Source of the DNA: Negativicutes bacterium
GTDB lineage: Bacteria; Bacillota; Negativicutes; UBA1444
DNA: 64,000 nucleotides
Assembly (NCBI GenBank): GCA_963665275.2
Contig: CAXXIN010000014.1
Location: 96,001 to 160,000 of the forward strand
Reading direction: 5' to 3'
Shown here: positions 8,407-17,978 of the stretch, piece after piece
Position numbering within the stretch: position 1 is the stretch's first letter
How the letters are laid out: each line of letters opens with the position of its first letter
Notes under the pieces: generated by a model
The model's database searches: none
Told to the model about the DNA's origin: nothing
Seen by the model: the letters and a program-made list of their open reading frames with translations, nothing else
Translations under genes and position numbers: made by a program

Positions 8407-11400
8407 TTGTTGTTGCATCTTATAACTGAAAATCAACTGGATGAATGGGTTCGCGGGCATGCGCAAGATGCGCAAAGAGTTATTGTTGAATTAGTTTGGC
8501 GCCTTGTCGCGGCATCGAGTCCACATCCACGAGAGCGGCGGTTTCCTTTGGGAGATAGCATCGGCCAACACGGACCTGACGGGATTCTTGACGCTATTGA
8601 AGAATTTAACCCGTTCTTTTCTGAAGGAATATCATATTGGGAGATAGGCACTAACAATAACGCAGGAAAAAAAGCGACGGATGACTATACGTCAAGCACT
8701 GCGACAACTCCCCAAGAAATAAGGCACAATGCGGCATTTATTTTTGTCACACCTTTATCAGGTAGGCGTGATTGGCAATATACCTGGAAGGAAGAACAAC
8801 AAGCAACTTGGCTTGAGACCAGACGCCAACGTGCCGAATGGCGAGATATTCGTGTTATCGACGGCACAAAACTGATTGATTGGTTGCATAGTTTTCCAGC
8901 AGTGGAACGTTGGTTGGCAGGAAAAATGGGTAGAATTTCAATCAATCAAGCCGAAACACCAACAGAATTGTGGGATGAGCTGAAAACTATTGGAGAGCCG
9001 CCACCATTACCTCCCGAATTATTTCTTGTTAACCGCGAGGAAGGACGTAATAGAATTGCAGACGTATTTGCAGGGACTATTGTGCAACTGCGTCTCGATA
9101 CCCACTTTCCTGATCAAATTCCCGAATTTGTTGCCGCGCACATTGCAACCCTTAATAAAGAAGAAAATGCAGAAGCAGCCGGTCGATGCATTATCTTAAA
9201 TAGCATAGATGCTTGGCAGGCTGTTTTATCATTACTAACGGTTCCGCATGTTTTTGTGGCGAACTTCGCATTCGAAGATACAGATGTGGCAGTGACAAGA
9301 TTATTGCAAAGAACTCAGCGGATGGGACACGCTATTATATTTCGTGGGTTGCCAGGAGGAATTCCGCACCCTAATAGAGTAAAGATTGTTAACCCCAAGA
9401 GTTATGAAATTCAACAAGAGCTTGAAAAGGCCGGATACTTGCCAGAGCGGGCCCGTGTTCTTGCACAAAAGAGTGATGGCAATATTGGGTCCCTGTTAAG
9501 ATGTATACAAAACCTTTCGATAATGCCGGAATGGTCGCAGGGAACGGCTGCAGCTGAACTTGCCGTCGCGGTTATGTTGGGATCATGGTCTGGAAATGCA
9601 AATGCAGACCAAAGTTTGGTTGAAAAACTGTCGGGAGAGCCTTTCGGGGAGTGGGTTGACAAATTGCGTGCAGTGACACTTCTTCCCGCCACTCCCCTAA
9701 TGCAGCGGGAAGGAGCATGGAAGTTTATTTCTCGTTACGAAGGGTGGTATTCGCTGGGACCGAGAATTCACGATGACATTCTTGATCGTTTTCAAGAAAT
9801 AACGATAACAGCGTTAAGTGAAAGAGACCCCCAATTTGATTTACCACCAAACGAAAGATATATGGCCAATTTTCAAGGTAAAACCCTTGCGCATTCTTCA
9901 TTACTTCGGCAGGGCTTAGCGGAGAGTTTGGCATTGCTTGGCAGTCATCCCGCTGCCTTGATATCTTGTTCTGCAGGAACAGCAGAAGCCACCGCAAATA
10001 TTGTTGTTCGCAAACTATTGGCATTATCAGAATGGATAGATTGGGCCAGCCTGGATAGAGTATTGCCATTATTGGCTGAAGCGGCTCCTGAACAATTTTT
10101 AAGCGCGGTAGAGAATTCATTAAAAAGTACCCCTTGTCCTTTTGATATGTTGTTTGCACAAGAGGGCGATGGATTAACAGGAGGAAATTGCACAACCGGA
10201 CTACTTTGGGCGTTGGAAACACTTGCGTGGGACAATAATCATTTTATTCGGGTAATGTTAATTTTAGGTGACTTGGCGCACAGAGATCCAGGTGGTAAGT
10301 GGGTAAATCGTCCATCGAATTCGCTTACAACAATATTACTGCCATGGTTACCACAAACCTGTGCACCCATTACTAAACGTTTGCGTTGCGTTGAACTTCT
10401 TTTAACGCGTGTTCCTGAAGTTGCTTGGAAACTAATTCTAACTCTATTGCCAGATTCTCACCAGTCATCTTCAGGAACACATAAACCAACATGGCGTAGC
10501 TATATCCCTGATAATTGGACTAACACAGTCAAAAATTCAGAGTACTGGACACAAGCTAATGCCTATTTAGAAATGGCTCTTAATACAGCAAAAAATGATT
10601 GTTCAAAGCTGGTAGAGCTAATACGGCGGATCGATGACTTCCCTCCGCCTTCACGTGACGAAATGCTGGGATATTTGAAGTCGGATTCCGTGTTGGTGTT
10701 ACCAGATGAACAGCGTATAAAGTTGTGGACCGAACTAGTGGCTTTGGTATCAAAGCACAGGAAATTCTCCGACGCTGAATGGGCTTTGGAAGAAGCTGTG
10801 TTGACCAGGATTGATGAGGTAATTGAATGCTTAAGACCTCATTCTCCATTTTTCCTACATCAACGTTTATTTGGGGAAAGAGAATGGGAATTGCTCGATG
10901 AAATAGGGGACTATCAAGAGCAATTTAAAGCACTCGAAGTTCGACGGCAGAGCGCCGTAAATGAATTGTTTTTGTCCGGTGGTATTAACGTTGTCTTAAA
11001 ATTTGCACAGACAGTTGATTTACCATGGAGAGTTGGCTTTTCTTTTGGCGCAACAGCGCCTCAGGACGATATTTTTCCTGAAATACTGCCAATAATGCTC
11101 TTGGAGTCCGAATCCACATCTAAGGCAGTGTCGCAATTTGCCGGAGGTTTCGTGCAAGGGCGGTATACGACATTGGGATGGAAATGGGTCGACGGTATTG
11201 ATATGATCCAATGGGATTCCTCGCAAATCGGGCAGTTTTTGAGCTATTTGCCATTCACCTTCGATACTTGGCACAGGGTTGATCAGCTTTTGGGAACTAG
11301 CGTACATTATTATTGGACGATGACCAATGTCAATCCATACGAACCTAAAGAGGGCTTGGAGTATGCGATCGATCTTCTAGTCCAACATGGGCGACCCAAT

Positions 11401-12240
11401 GATGCTGTTAGGTGCCTTGAAGCAATTCTTCACGAAAAGAAAACCCTCAACATAACGCAAGCGATGCAAGTTTTAAAAGCATTACTTAAGTCTTCAACAA
11501 AAAGCCATGGAATTGACGATGATGCCGTATTGAAAATAATCAAAGCTCTTCAGAATGATGAAAAGGCTAATCCTGAAGAACTATTACAGATCGAATGGGC
11601 TTATCTGCCCCTGCTTGACCAGTATCGCAAAGCTGCGCCACGTTTTCTCGAATTAAGATTAGCTAAAGAACCAGAGTTCTTTTGTGAAATCATCAGAATT
11701 ATATTTAAATCCAATAAAGCTGAACAGCCACCAGAAGAGAGCACGGAGGAAAGAAAATTTATTGCACGAAATGCATATGAGCTACTTCGAAAGTGGAAAA
11801 CACCGCCCGGGATTCAACCTAGCGGATTATTTGACGGAGATATCTTTTTCTCTTGGATAGAACGGGTCAAAAAGGCTTGTGCAGAATCTGGCCATTTGGA
11901 AATAGCCCTAACTATGGTTGGCCACGTCTTGATTCATGCTCCTCGAGACCCTGATGGTTTGTGGATTCACCAGTCTGTAGCAGATGCCTTGAATGCACCC
12001 GATGCTGATGATATGAGAAATGGTTTTCGCACTGAATTGTTTAATTCCAGAGGGGTACATTCGTGGACATTAGGGAATGAGGAAAAACAACTGTCGGAGA
12101 AATACAAACAAATGGCTGAAGAGCTAGAAGAGCACGGGTATATTAACTTTTCGGTAACTCTTCGGAATCTTGCCGATTCTTATGCTCGAGACGCCGAAAG
12201 AGAAGCCGCGAGAGATCCGTTTGACGATTGGAACCATTAG
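8407..12240 (+). CDS. 1277-aa putative defence protein with N-terminal restriction-endonuclease-like motif and helical C-terminus
   Basis: GPDG...YWEIGT...DY resembles a PD-(D/E)XK-like core; long Trp-rich helical body; GGAGG RBS; 53 bp after the RT. Confidence 0.6.
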   Translation: MLLHLITENQLDEWVRGHAQDAQRVIVELVWRLVAASSPHPRERRFPLGDSIGQHGPDGILDAIEEFNPFFSEGISYWEIGTNNNAGKKATDDYTSSTATTPQEIRHNAAFIFVTPLSGRRDWQYTWKEEQQATWLETRRQRAEWRDIRVIDGTKLIDWLHSFPAVERWLAGKMGRISINQAETPTELWDELKTIGEPPPLPPELFLVNREEGRNRIADVFAGTIVQLRLDTHFPDQIPEFVAAHIATLNKEENAEAAGRCIILNSIDAWQAVLSLLTVPHVFVANFAFEDTDVAVTRLLQRTQRMGHAIIFRGLPGGIPHPNRVKIVNPKSYEIQQELEKAGYLPERARVLAQKSDGNIGSLLRCIQNLSIMPEWSQGTAAAELAVAVMLGSWSGNANADQSLVEKLSGEPFGEWVDKLRAVTLLPATPLMQREGAWKFISRYEGWYSLGPRIHDDILDRFQEITITALSERDPQFDLPPNERYMANFQGKTLAHSSLLRQGLAESLALLGSHPAALISCSAGTAEATANIVVRKLLALSEWIDWASLDRVLPLLAEAAPEQFLSAVENSLKSTPCPFDMLFAQEGDGLTGGNCTTGLLWALETLAWDNNHFIRVMLILGDLAHRDPGGKWVNRPSNSLTTILLPWLPQTCAPITKRLRCVELLLTRVPEVAWKLILTLLPDSHQSSSGTHKPTWRSYIPDNWTNTVKNSEYWTQANAYLEMALNTAKNDCSKLVELIRRIDDFPPPSRDEMLGYLKSDSVLVLPDEQRIKLWTELVALVSKHRKFSDAEWALEEAVLTRIDEVIECLRPHSPFFLHQRLFGEREWELLDEIGDYQEQFKALEVRRQSAVNELFLSGGINVVLKFAQTVDLPWRVGFSFGATAPQDDIFPEILPIMLLESESTSKAVSQFAGGFVQGRYTTLGWKWVDGIDMIQWDSSQIGQFLSYLPFTFDTWHRVDQLLGTSVHYYWTMTNVNPYEPKEGLEYAIDLLVQHGRPNDAVRCLEAILHEKKTLNITQAMQVLKALLKSSTKSHGIDDDAVLKIIKALQNDEKANPEELLQIEWAYLPLLDQYRKAAPRFLELRLAKEPEFFCEIIRIIFKSNKAEQPPEESTEERKFIARNAYELLRKWKTPPGIQPSGLFDGDIFFSWIERVKKACAESGHLEIALTMVGHVLIHAPRDPDGLWIHQSVADALNAPDADDMRNGFRTELFNSRGVHSWTLGNEEKQLSEKYKQMAEELEEHGYINFSVTLRNLADSYARDAEREAARDPFDDWNH

Positions 12241-12467
12241 TTGACCGGATGGAAAGCGGGGGTCATATTAGATGCGATCACAAATTTATTGATTCAAATA
12301 AAGTGTAGAAAAAGAACTGGGTGCAACGCGGGAGCAACGGGTAGAAAAAACAAGGTATAATTCGGTGTTTTATGGCATGGTTGAAAAAGAAGAAAAACCG
12401 CAGTAAACGCTAGAATAATAGTATTTACGCGTAAAACTGACCCAATGAAGTGTTTGATTTCCTCGGA

Positions 12468-12512
12468 TTCCCAAGCCGTGGGTCGCGAGTTCGAATCTCG
12501 TTGCCCGCTCCA
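12468..12512 (+). other. att site: duplicated 3' half of tRNA-Gly(CCC)
   Basis: TTCCCAAGCCGTGGGTCGCGAGTTCGAATCTCGTTGCCCGCTCCA = anticodon loop CCC, T-arm GTTCGAATC and acceptor 3' strand with CCA; no matching 5' half upstream. Confidence 0.85.
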
Positions 12513-12522
12513 GTAATTTCGG

Positions 12523-12555
12523 GCCTTCCAGCCTTCGGGTTTGGAAGGCTTTTTT
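12523..12555 (+). terminator. Rho-independent terminator after the tRNA fragment
   Basis: GCCTTCCA...TGGAAGGC stem followed by a T run. Confidence 0.8.
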
Positions 12556-12590
12556 GCGTTTGGTTCCTAATTTGGGTCCTTTGCCAATGT

Positions 12591-13274
12591 TTAGATCATG
12601 ATCGGCATCAAAAACTGGACGGTAGAAATGGTGATGATAGCCGCCAAGATCATGGACACGCAGGCAACGGTGCCGGTGGTCGCGCTAAATTGAAAGGCCC
12701 TGACTGTTCCAACTGCGTGGGAGCTAGTGCCGAAGAGCACGCCACGTGCAATTTCGCTTTCGATTTTGAAAAACTTGATAACGAAAGGGCCGAGTATTGA
12801 ACCCAGGATTCCGGTCATGATGACGATGACGGCAGTAACGGACGGCACGCCGCCAATAAGCTGAGAAATATCCATCGCAATCGGGGTGGTCACGGAACGT
12901 GGAATGAGGCTCCCGATCAATTGTTTGTCGACACTCAGCCCTTCGGCAATCCACGCGGAAGAAAGCATCGCGATCACAGAACCGAGGATCACGCTCGGAA
13001 TTATTTCCACAGCATGCTTTTTCAGGATTGCGCGATATTTGTAGAGTGGTATGGCAAAAGCGATCGTGGCAGGCTGCAACATGATATTCAGCCATTTGGC
13101 GCCGCTATTATAGGTATCATAGGAAATATGAGCGCCAAGCAGTAATACCGCCAAAAGCGTCGGGACTGTAACGAGCGGAGAAAAATAGATCCGAGGGTTT
13201 TGCTTGTAGAACCATTTGGCAAAAGAGTACAGTGCGATGGTTGCAATAAAACTTAATAACGGCAGGCTGTTCAT
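12591..13274 (-). CDS. cidB: LrgB/CidB family membrane protein
   Basis: PATIAFAIPLYK, PRSVTTPIA and GTSSHAVGT motifs. Confidence 0.85.
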   Translation of the reverse strand: MNSLPLLSFIATIALYSFAKWFYKQNPRIYFSPLVTVPTLLAVLLLGAHISYDTYNSGAKWLNIMLQPATIAFAIPLYKYRAILKKHAVEIIPSVILGSVIAMLSSAWIAEGLSVDKQLIGSLIPRSVTTPIAMDISQLIGGVPSVTAVIVIMTGILGSILGPFVIKFFKIESEIARGVLFGTSSHAVGTVRAFQFSATTGTVACVSMILAAIITISTVQFLMPIMI

Positions 13275-13669
13275 GATTTTCTCCTCATAATGGCAATTTT
13301 TTTGGCGACCAAGCCGGAACTTGCCATAATCGTAAAGGTGCCGACGATAACCACGGTTAAAATCTGTAATCCATTGGTGAGCAGCAATGATTGATACTGG
13401 ATAATTCCTACCGCCGAAGGAATGAAGAATAAAAGCAGTTCCGCTAGCAATAGATTGGCGCCAAGTTCAATCCAGTCCAATCGCAGTATGTTGAATTGAA
13501 GCAGGGAAAATAAAATCACTAGCCCAATAATACTGCCGGGCAACGGGAGGGAAAACAGGGCCGATATATAGTTTGAAATTAATGACAAGGAACACAAGAG
13601 AGCTATTTGTGCGATCCCTTTCAATACACTCTTCATCATGGCGTCACTCCCTACTGGTTTCTGATTCAA
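13271..13669 (-). CDS. cidA: CidA/LrgA family holin-like protein
   Basis: PLPGSIIG...LLLFFIPSAVG motifs; coupled to cidB. Confidence 0.85.
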   Translation of the reverse strand: MNQKPVGSDAMMKSVLKGIAQIALLCSLSLISNYISALFSLPLPGSIIGLVILFSLLQFNILRLDWIELGANLLLAELLLFFIPSAVGIIQYQSLLLTNGLQILTVVIVGTFTIMASSGLVAKKIAIMRRKS

Positions 13670-13751
13670 AGTATACAGGGGACAGTGTTATGTGTAAAAT
13701 ACATATATAGTATTGATTGCATACGTTTCATCTATGAGGAGGCGGGGCCCG

Positions 13752-14651
13752 TTGGAGATCCGGAATTTAGAATATTTTCTTGAAGTTGTGCGCACGAAAA
13801 GTTTTACGAAAGCTGCGCAAAATCTATTTATTACCCAGCCCACGATCAGCAGAATGATCAAAAACCTGGAAGACGAGCTGGAAGTGGTTTTGTTTGAACG
13901 GTTGGGAAAAGGCGTGGAATTAACAGATGCTGGACGGACCATTTTGTTCCAGGCGCAAAACATTGTGAGCTCGGTTCATAGTCTGTCGGATGAATTGGCT
14001 GATGTGATGCAGCTAAAAAAAGGGCAAATAAAAATTGGCTTGCCGCCGATGATCGGCGCAAACTTTTTTCCCCAGGTAATCGGACAGTTCAATAAGACCT
14101 ATCCCAATATAAAAGTTCAATTATGGGAAAGCGGCGCCAAAAAGGCTGAAGATGATGTTGCGAACGGAAACCTGGAAATTGGGGTCACGCTTCTGCCGGT
14201 TCAGGAAGACGTTTTCCAATGGTTTTCATTTGTACAGGATAAATTGAGCGTGGTGGTGCATCCATCCCATCGATTGGCGGGGAAACCTTCAATATCGCTG
14301 CTCGAGCTGGCGTCAGATGGGTTTATTTTGTTTAATGAAGACTTTTTACTGCATGACCGGATTATCAATGAATGTGTGCGCGTTGGGTTTCAACCGCAGG
14401 TTGTTTATGAAAGTTCACAATGGGATTTCATTAGCGAAATGGTGGCAGCTGGTTTGGGAGTGGCATTATTGCCGGGAACCATCTGCAACCAGTTGGACAA
14501 ACAGCGCTTGAGTGTTTTGCCGCTGGTTCAACCAGAGATCCCCTGGCATCTGGCGGTAATCTGGCGAAAGAACCGCTATCTATCCTTTGCCGCGCGGGAA
14601 TGGCTGGAATTTACCCGCAAGCTGTTGCAGGCAAACGAGAAAGAATTCTGA
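13752..14651 (+). CDS. cidR: LysR-family regulator (CidR-like)
   Basis: SFTKAAQNLFITQPTISRMIKNLE HTH; divergent from cidAB; TTG start after GAGGAGG. Confidence 0.85.
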   Translation: MEIRNLEYFLEVVRTKSFTKAAQNLFITQPTISRMIKNLEDELEVVLFERLGKGVELTDAGRTILFQAQNIVSSVHSLSDELADVMQLKKGQIKIGLPPMIGANFFPQVIGQFNKTYPNIKVQLWESGAKKAEDDVANGNLEIGVTLLPVQEDVFQWFSFVQDKLSVVVHPSHRLAGKPSISLLELASDGFILFNEDFLLHDRIINECVRVGFQPQVVYESSQWDFISEMVAAGLGVALLPGTICNQLDKQRLSVLPLVQPEIPWHLAVIWRKNRYLSFAAREWLEFTRKLLQANEKEF

Positions 14652-15060
14652 TGGTGAATGGATTAAAGAAGCCAGCTTTTCATTTTAAGAAAAGCTGGCT
14701 TTTACTATGGAATAATAAGAATTTTAGAAAGTTAATTGCTCGGTTCGGTCGCTTGTTTAGTGAGCGTAATACAAGGTGTTTTCCAGCAAATATTACGCGG
14801 TCTTAGGAATGGTAGGTGGAGCCGGAAGCGGATTTTTCCGCAGAGAAAAAGGTGAAAGAAATTATCCTTCCGATTTCTTTATGGTTATTGTGAAGATATT
14901 CAAAGGTTCGTTATAAAATCAAGTGCAACAGAACCCAAGGCTGTTAAGTAAACAGCCATAGTGAAAAACGGTGTATCGTTTATGATGTAATCGTCCAAAC
15001 CCAATCATCCATAAAAAGTTTCGACGCCGAATTTGTTTGTCGCAAAAGCAGGCTTCATTC

Positions 15061-15951
15061 CTATTTTGCAGTCTTCTTCTCGACCTTCGAGCCTAACAGA
15101 TCTTCGAATACGCAGATCATTGCGCCTTTGTCTTTTTCCCCCAGCCCTTTCAGCAATGCCATCTGATAAGTAGTTGTTGCCGCATGCATAACCGGCAGGG
15201 GAATACAAAGCTGAGCGCCGATTTCGGCGCCGCTGACCAAGTCTTTGTAGGCATGTTCCAGCGGGTAACCGTCACTAAAGTGCCGTCTGAGAATTCTGGG
15301 CAGAAAAAAATCAGAGGCATAACTTTTTCCTGAACTGCTGTTTATAACCGACACAATGGCTTCCGGATCCAGACCCAGTTTGACTGCCATTGGCAGGATT
15401 TCAGCAAATGCAGCGATGTTGATATCAAACAGGATATTGTTGATGGCTTTGGTCAATTGACCGCATCCATGAGTTCCCATATACATGATGTTGGTTGCGA
15501 TGCATTTGAAGAAGGGAACCAGCCGATCGTAGATTTCTTTTTTGCCGCCGCACATAACGGTTAGCGTACCGTCGATGGCTCGAGCCTCCATGCCTGATAC
15601 CGGCGCGTCCATGAAATCTACCTCTTTGGCCTCGAGCATTCGGGCGATTTCTGTACTGGCTGTATAATTGATTGTGCTCAGGTCAACAATCAGTTGTCCC
15701 CGTTTTAAGCTGGACAAGATTCCTCTCTCGCTCAGAACGGTTTGGACCACCTTGGTATCAGGCAACGATAAGAAAATCAGATCACATTGGGCGATGTCCT
15801 GCAGGTTGGTTGTGGTTTTTGCTCCTTTGGACTGGAGTTCGGTAAAATGCTCCGTTCGCAGGTCGGTTACCAATACTTCTTCGCCGCACGCAAGCAAATT
15901 CGTGGCCATGGGTTTTCCCATCTGTCCCAAGCCGACAAAACCGATTTTCAT
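15061..15951 (-). CDS. NAD(P)-dependent beta-hydroxyacid dehydrogenase (3-hydroxyisobutyrate dehydrogenase family)
   Basis: GFVGLGQMG, DAPVSG, KAINN and KDL motifs. Confidence 0.9.
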   Translation of the reverse strand: MKIGFVGLGQMGKPMATNLLACGEEVLVTDLRTEHFTELQSKGAKTTTNLQDIAQCDLIFLSLPDTKVVQTVLSERGILSSLKRGQLIVDLSTINYTASTEIARMLEAKEVDFMDAPVSGMEARAIDGTLTVMCGGKKEIYDRLVPFFKCIATNIMYMGTHGCGQLTKAINNILFDINIAAFAEILPMAVKLGLDPEAIVSVINSSSGKSYASDFFLPRILRRHFSDGYPLEHAYKDLVSGAEIGAQLCIPLPVMHAATTTYQMALLKGLGEKDKGAMICVFEDLLGSKVEKKTAK

Positions 15952-15962
15952 AGCTATTCCCC

Positions 15963-17579
15963 CTATTTAATATTATAAGCACTCATACGCACATAAAGAG
16001 TAGTCAGTGATATGCTCAACAGTTTGGCTGCTTCCTTTTTCCCGTTGACACTTCTACCACACTTATCCAGGGTTTCGATAATAATCTCTTTTTCGGAAGC
16101 GTGTTTTGCCGTTTTTAGACTTACAGTCCCGTTTTGTTGAGAATGAGTGATGCTCACCGGTAATGATTGCGTTCCATGTTGAAAAAAAACTTGGGGCAGA
16201 TAGTCGGGTGTGATTGTTTCGCGGTCTGTAATATTGGCAATAAACCGAACGGTGTTTTCCAGTTCGCGGACATTGCCCGGCCAGGGATAATTAATCAAGG
16301 TGCGCATCGTTTCGGGCGCGATTTCCAGCTTGGCTAAATCCGGACGAACACATTGCGATAGAAAGTGTTCTGCCAAGATGGGAATATCAGAGGTGCATTC
16401 ACACAAGGGCGGGATATATACTTGCGAAACATTTAACCGGTAAAATAAATCTTCGCGAAATTTACCAGCATCAATCATTGTTTCCAAATGACGATTTGTC
16501 GCCGCAATGATTCTTACATTCAGTTTTGTCTTGTTAGTATTGCCCAGGGCTTGCACTTCCCCTGTCTGCAGCACACGTAACATTTTCGCCTGCAGCTCGA
16601 TATCCATATCACCGATTTCATCCAGAAACAGCGTTCCGTTATGGGCAAGAGTGATCAGGCCGACCTTGCCACTCGGTTTCGCTCCCGAAAAAGCGCCTTC
16701 GCCATAGCCAAACAATTCGCTTTCCAGCAAAGGACCGGGAATAGCGGCGCAATTAACGGTGACAAATGCCTGATCGCTTCTGCTGCTGCATAGATGAATC
16801 GCGTGCGCAAACAGCTCTTTGCCGGTGCCGCTTTGGCCTCGCAATAACACCGGCAAATCCGATTTTGCCAACTTTTCCGCCAGACGCTTGGCGGATGTCA
16901 AGGCGGCGCTGTTGCCGCGAATATCGGAGAATTGATACAATGCGGCATGACCCTTGTGGACCTGACGCAGCAAATGATTATAGCGAACCTGGTATTTGTT
17001 TAGCGAGGTCTGAAGTTGTTGGATTTCAGTTATATCGCGCGCAATGGTTACGCCGCCGATGCATTCGCCGTTAATGATAATCGGGTGCATATCGGTCATG
17101 TATTCAATTTCACCAAATTTCCGGCGTACACCCAATAGCGGCTTTCTGCTGCGCACAACTTTTCCCAACTTCGCTCCAGGTCTGGCCTCCACCAAATCTC
17201 GTCCGACAATTTCCGAGAAGACTGCACCGCTGATTCTTTCGAAAGATTTGTTGATGTAACGAATCACCTCATTATGATCAATAATCAGAACTCCATCGTG
17301 CATTGACTCAAAAACGCTGATAAACCAACGCATGACAAATGTTAGGGAAGCCGGGTCGGAATTGGCGGGTGATGAAATCAAGTGGGGATTGAGGGTTTGG
17401 GTGGACTTGAGGCTGAGATCAACGGGATAACCGGAAGCAAGGAGGGCCAGGATCTGCTCCCGGTAAATTTTGTGCTCAAGCCCAGTTTCCTCATCCCGAT
17501 AATAGGCGTCCTGCGCGGGAAATTGCAGTAGTAGGCGAGACACTTCCAGGATGGACTGATCAAGAGAGACGGTTAACAT
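15963..17579 (-). CDS. Sigma54-dependent enhancer-binding protein with PAS domain
   Basis: GQSGTGKE, ESELFG, GAFSGA, FLDEIG, WPGNVRELEN and C-terminal HTH. Confidence 0.92.
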   Translation of the reverse strand: MLTVSLDQSILEVSRLLLQFPAQDAYYRDEETGLEHKIYREQILALLASGYPVDLSLKSTQTLNPHLISSPANSDPASLTFVMRWFISVFESMHDGVLIIDHNEVIRYINKSFERISGAVFSEIVGRDLVEARPGAKLGKVVRSRKPLLGVRRKFGEIEYMTDMHPIIINGECIGGVTIARDITEIQQLQTSLNKYQVRYNHLLRQVHKGHAALYQFSDIRGNSAALTSAKRLAEKLAKSDLPVLLRGQSGTGKELFAHAIHLCSSRSDQAFVTVNCAAIPGPLLESELFGYGEGAFSGAKPSGKVGLITLAHNGTLFLDEIGDMDIELQAKMLRVLQTGEVQALGNTNKTKLNVRIIAATNRHLETMIDAGKFREDLFYRLNVSQVYIPPLCECTSDIPILAEHFLSQCVRPDLAKLEIAPETMRTLINYPWPGNVRELENTVRFIANITDRETITPDYLPQVFFQHGTQSLPVSITHSQQNGTVSLKTAKHASEKEIIIETLDKCGRSVNGKKEAAKLLSISLTTLYVRMSAYNIK

Positions 17580-17702
17580 ATTATCTTCTCATTCCTTCGT
17601 GTAAAATCGGGCCGACAGTGAACACAGGAGCTACAATGCATTGTGGCCCCTGTTATTATTCTCCGGAAAAAAGAAAATGCCTTCTAAGCCAACACGAAAT
17701 TT

Positions 17703-17856
17703 CCGGATTTCCGAAAAAAAATAAAGATTGCGCTACTTCGGAAATCTGAGTTATCGGAAATCCGAGGATCGCAGTCTCTGAAGTAAGGAAATACCTGCAG
17801 TTTCATTTTTTCTTGGAAAAGTGTGAGATGGTTTTTCTTATGGCACGGTTTATGCA
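17703..17856 (+). promoter_or_regulatory. Sigma54 -24/-12 promoter with three upstream activator sites
   Basis: TGGCACGGTTTATGCA at 17841-17856; TCGGAAATCYGR-like boxes at 17703-17714 (reverse), 17738-17749 and 17754-17765. Confidence 0.8.
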
Positions 17857-17978
17857 ATATTACAATTAAAATGAAAAGGTGTCACGGGGTAGGGGGGAGT
17901 ATTTTCGACGCGAGACGCTAAAGTTACAGTTCCAGAATAATACCAGCGCCAAAATAAATTGTTTGAGGTGAATTTAAC

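Larger units (their letters stand above)
1..12512. mobile_element. Integrated element (satellite/PICI-like or decayed ICE/prophage) inserted at tRNA-Gly; left end is outside the window
   Basis: Integrase 5' end, divergent repressor/Cro pair, xis-like, replication genes and defence-like cargo, bounded on the right by a tRNA 3'-half duplication; no virion genes seen. Confidence 0.85.

Noticed and set aside
12440-12512. Complete tRNA-Gly gene
   Set aside because: No 5' acceptor strand or D-arm upstream; only the 3' half is present
1-12512. Intact prophage
   Set aside because: No terminase, capsid, tail or lysis genes between integrase and att site
17900-17950. c-di-GMP-I riboswitch (GACGCTAAAG resemblance)
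   Set aside because: Lacks the GGCAAA/GNRA first stem and a convincing second stem
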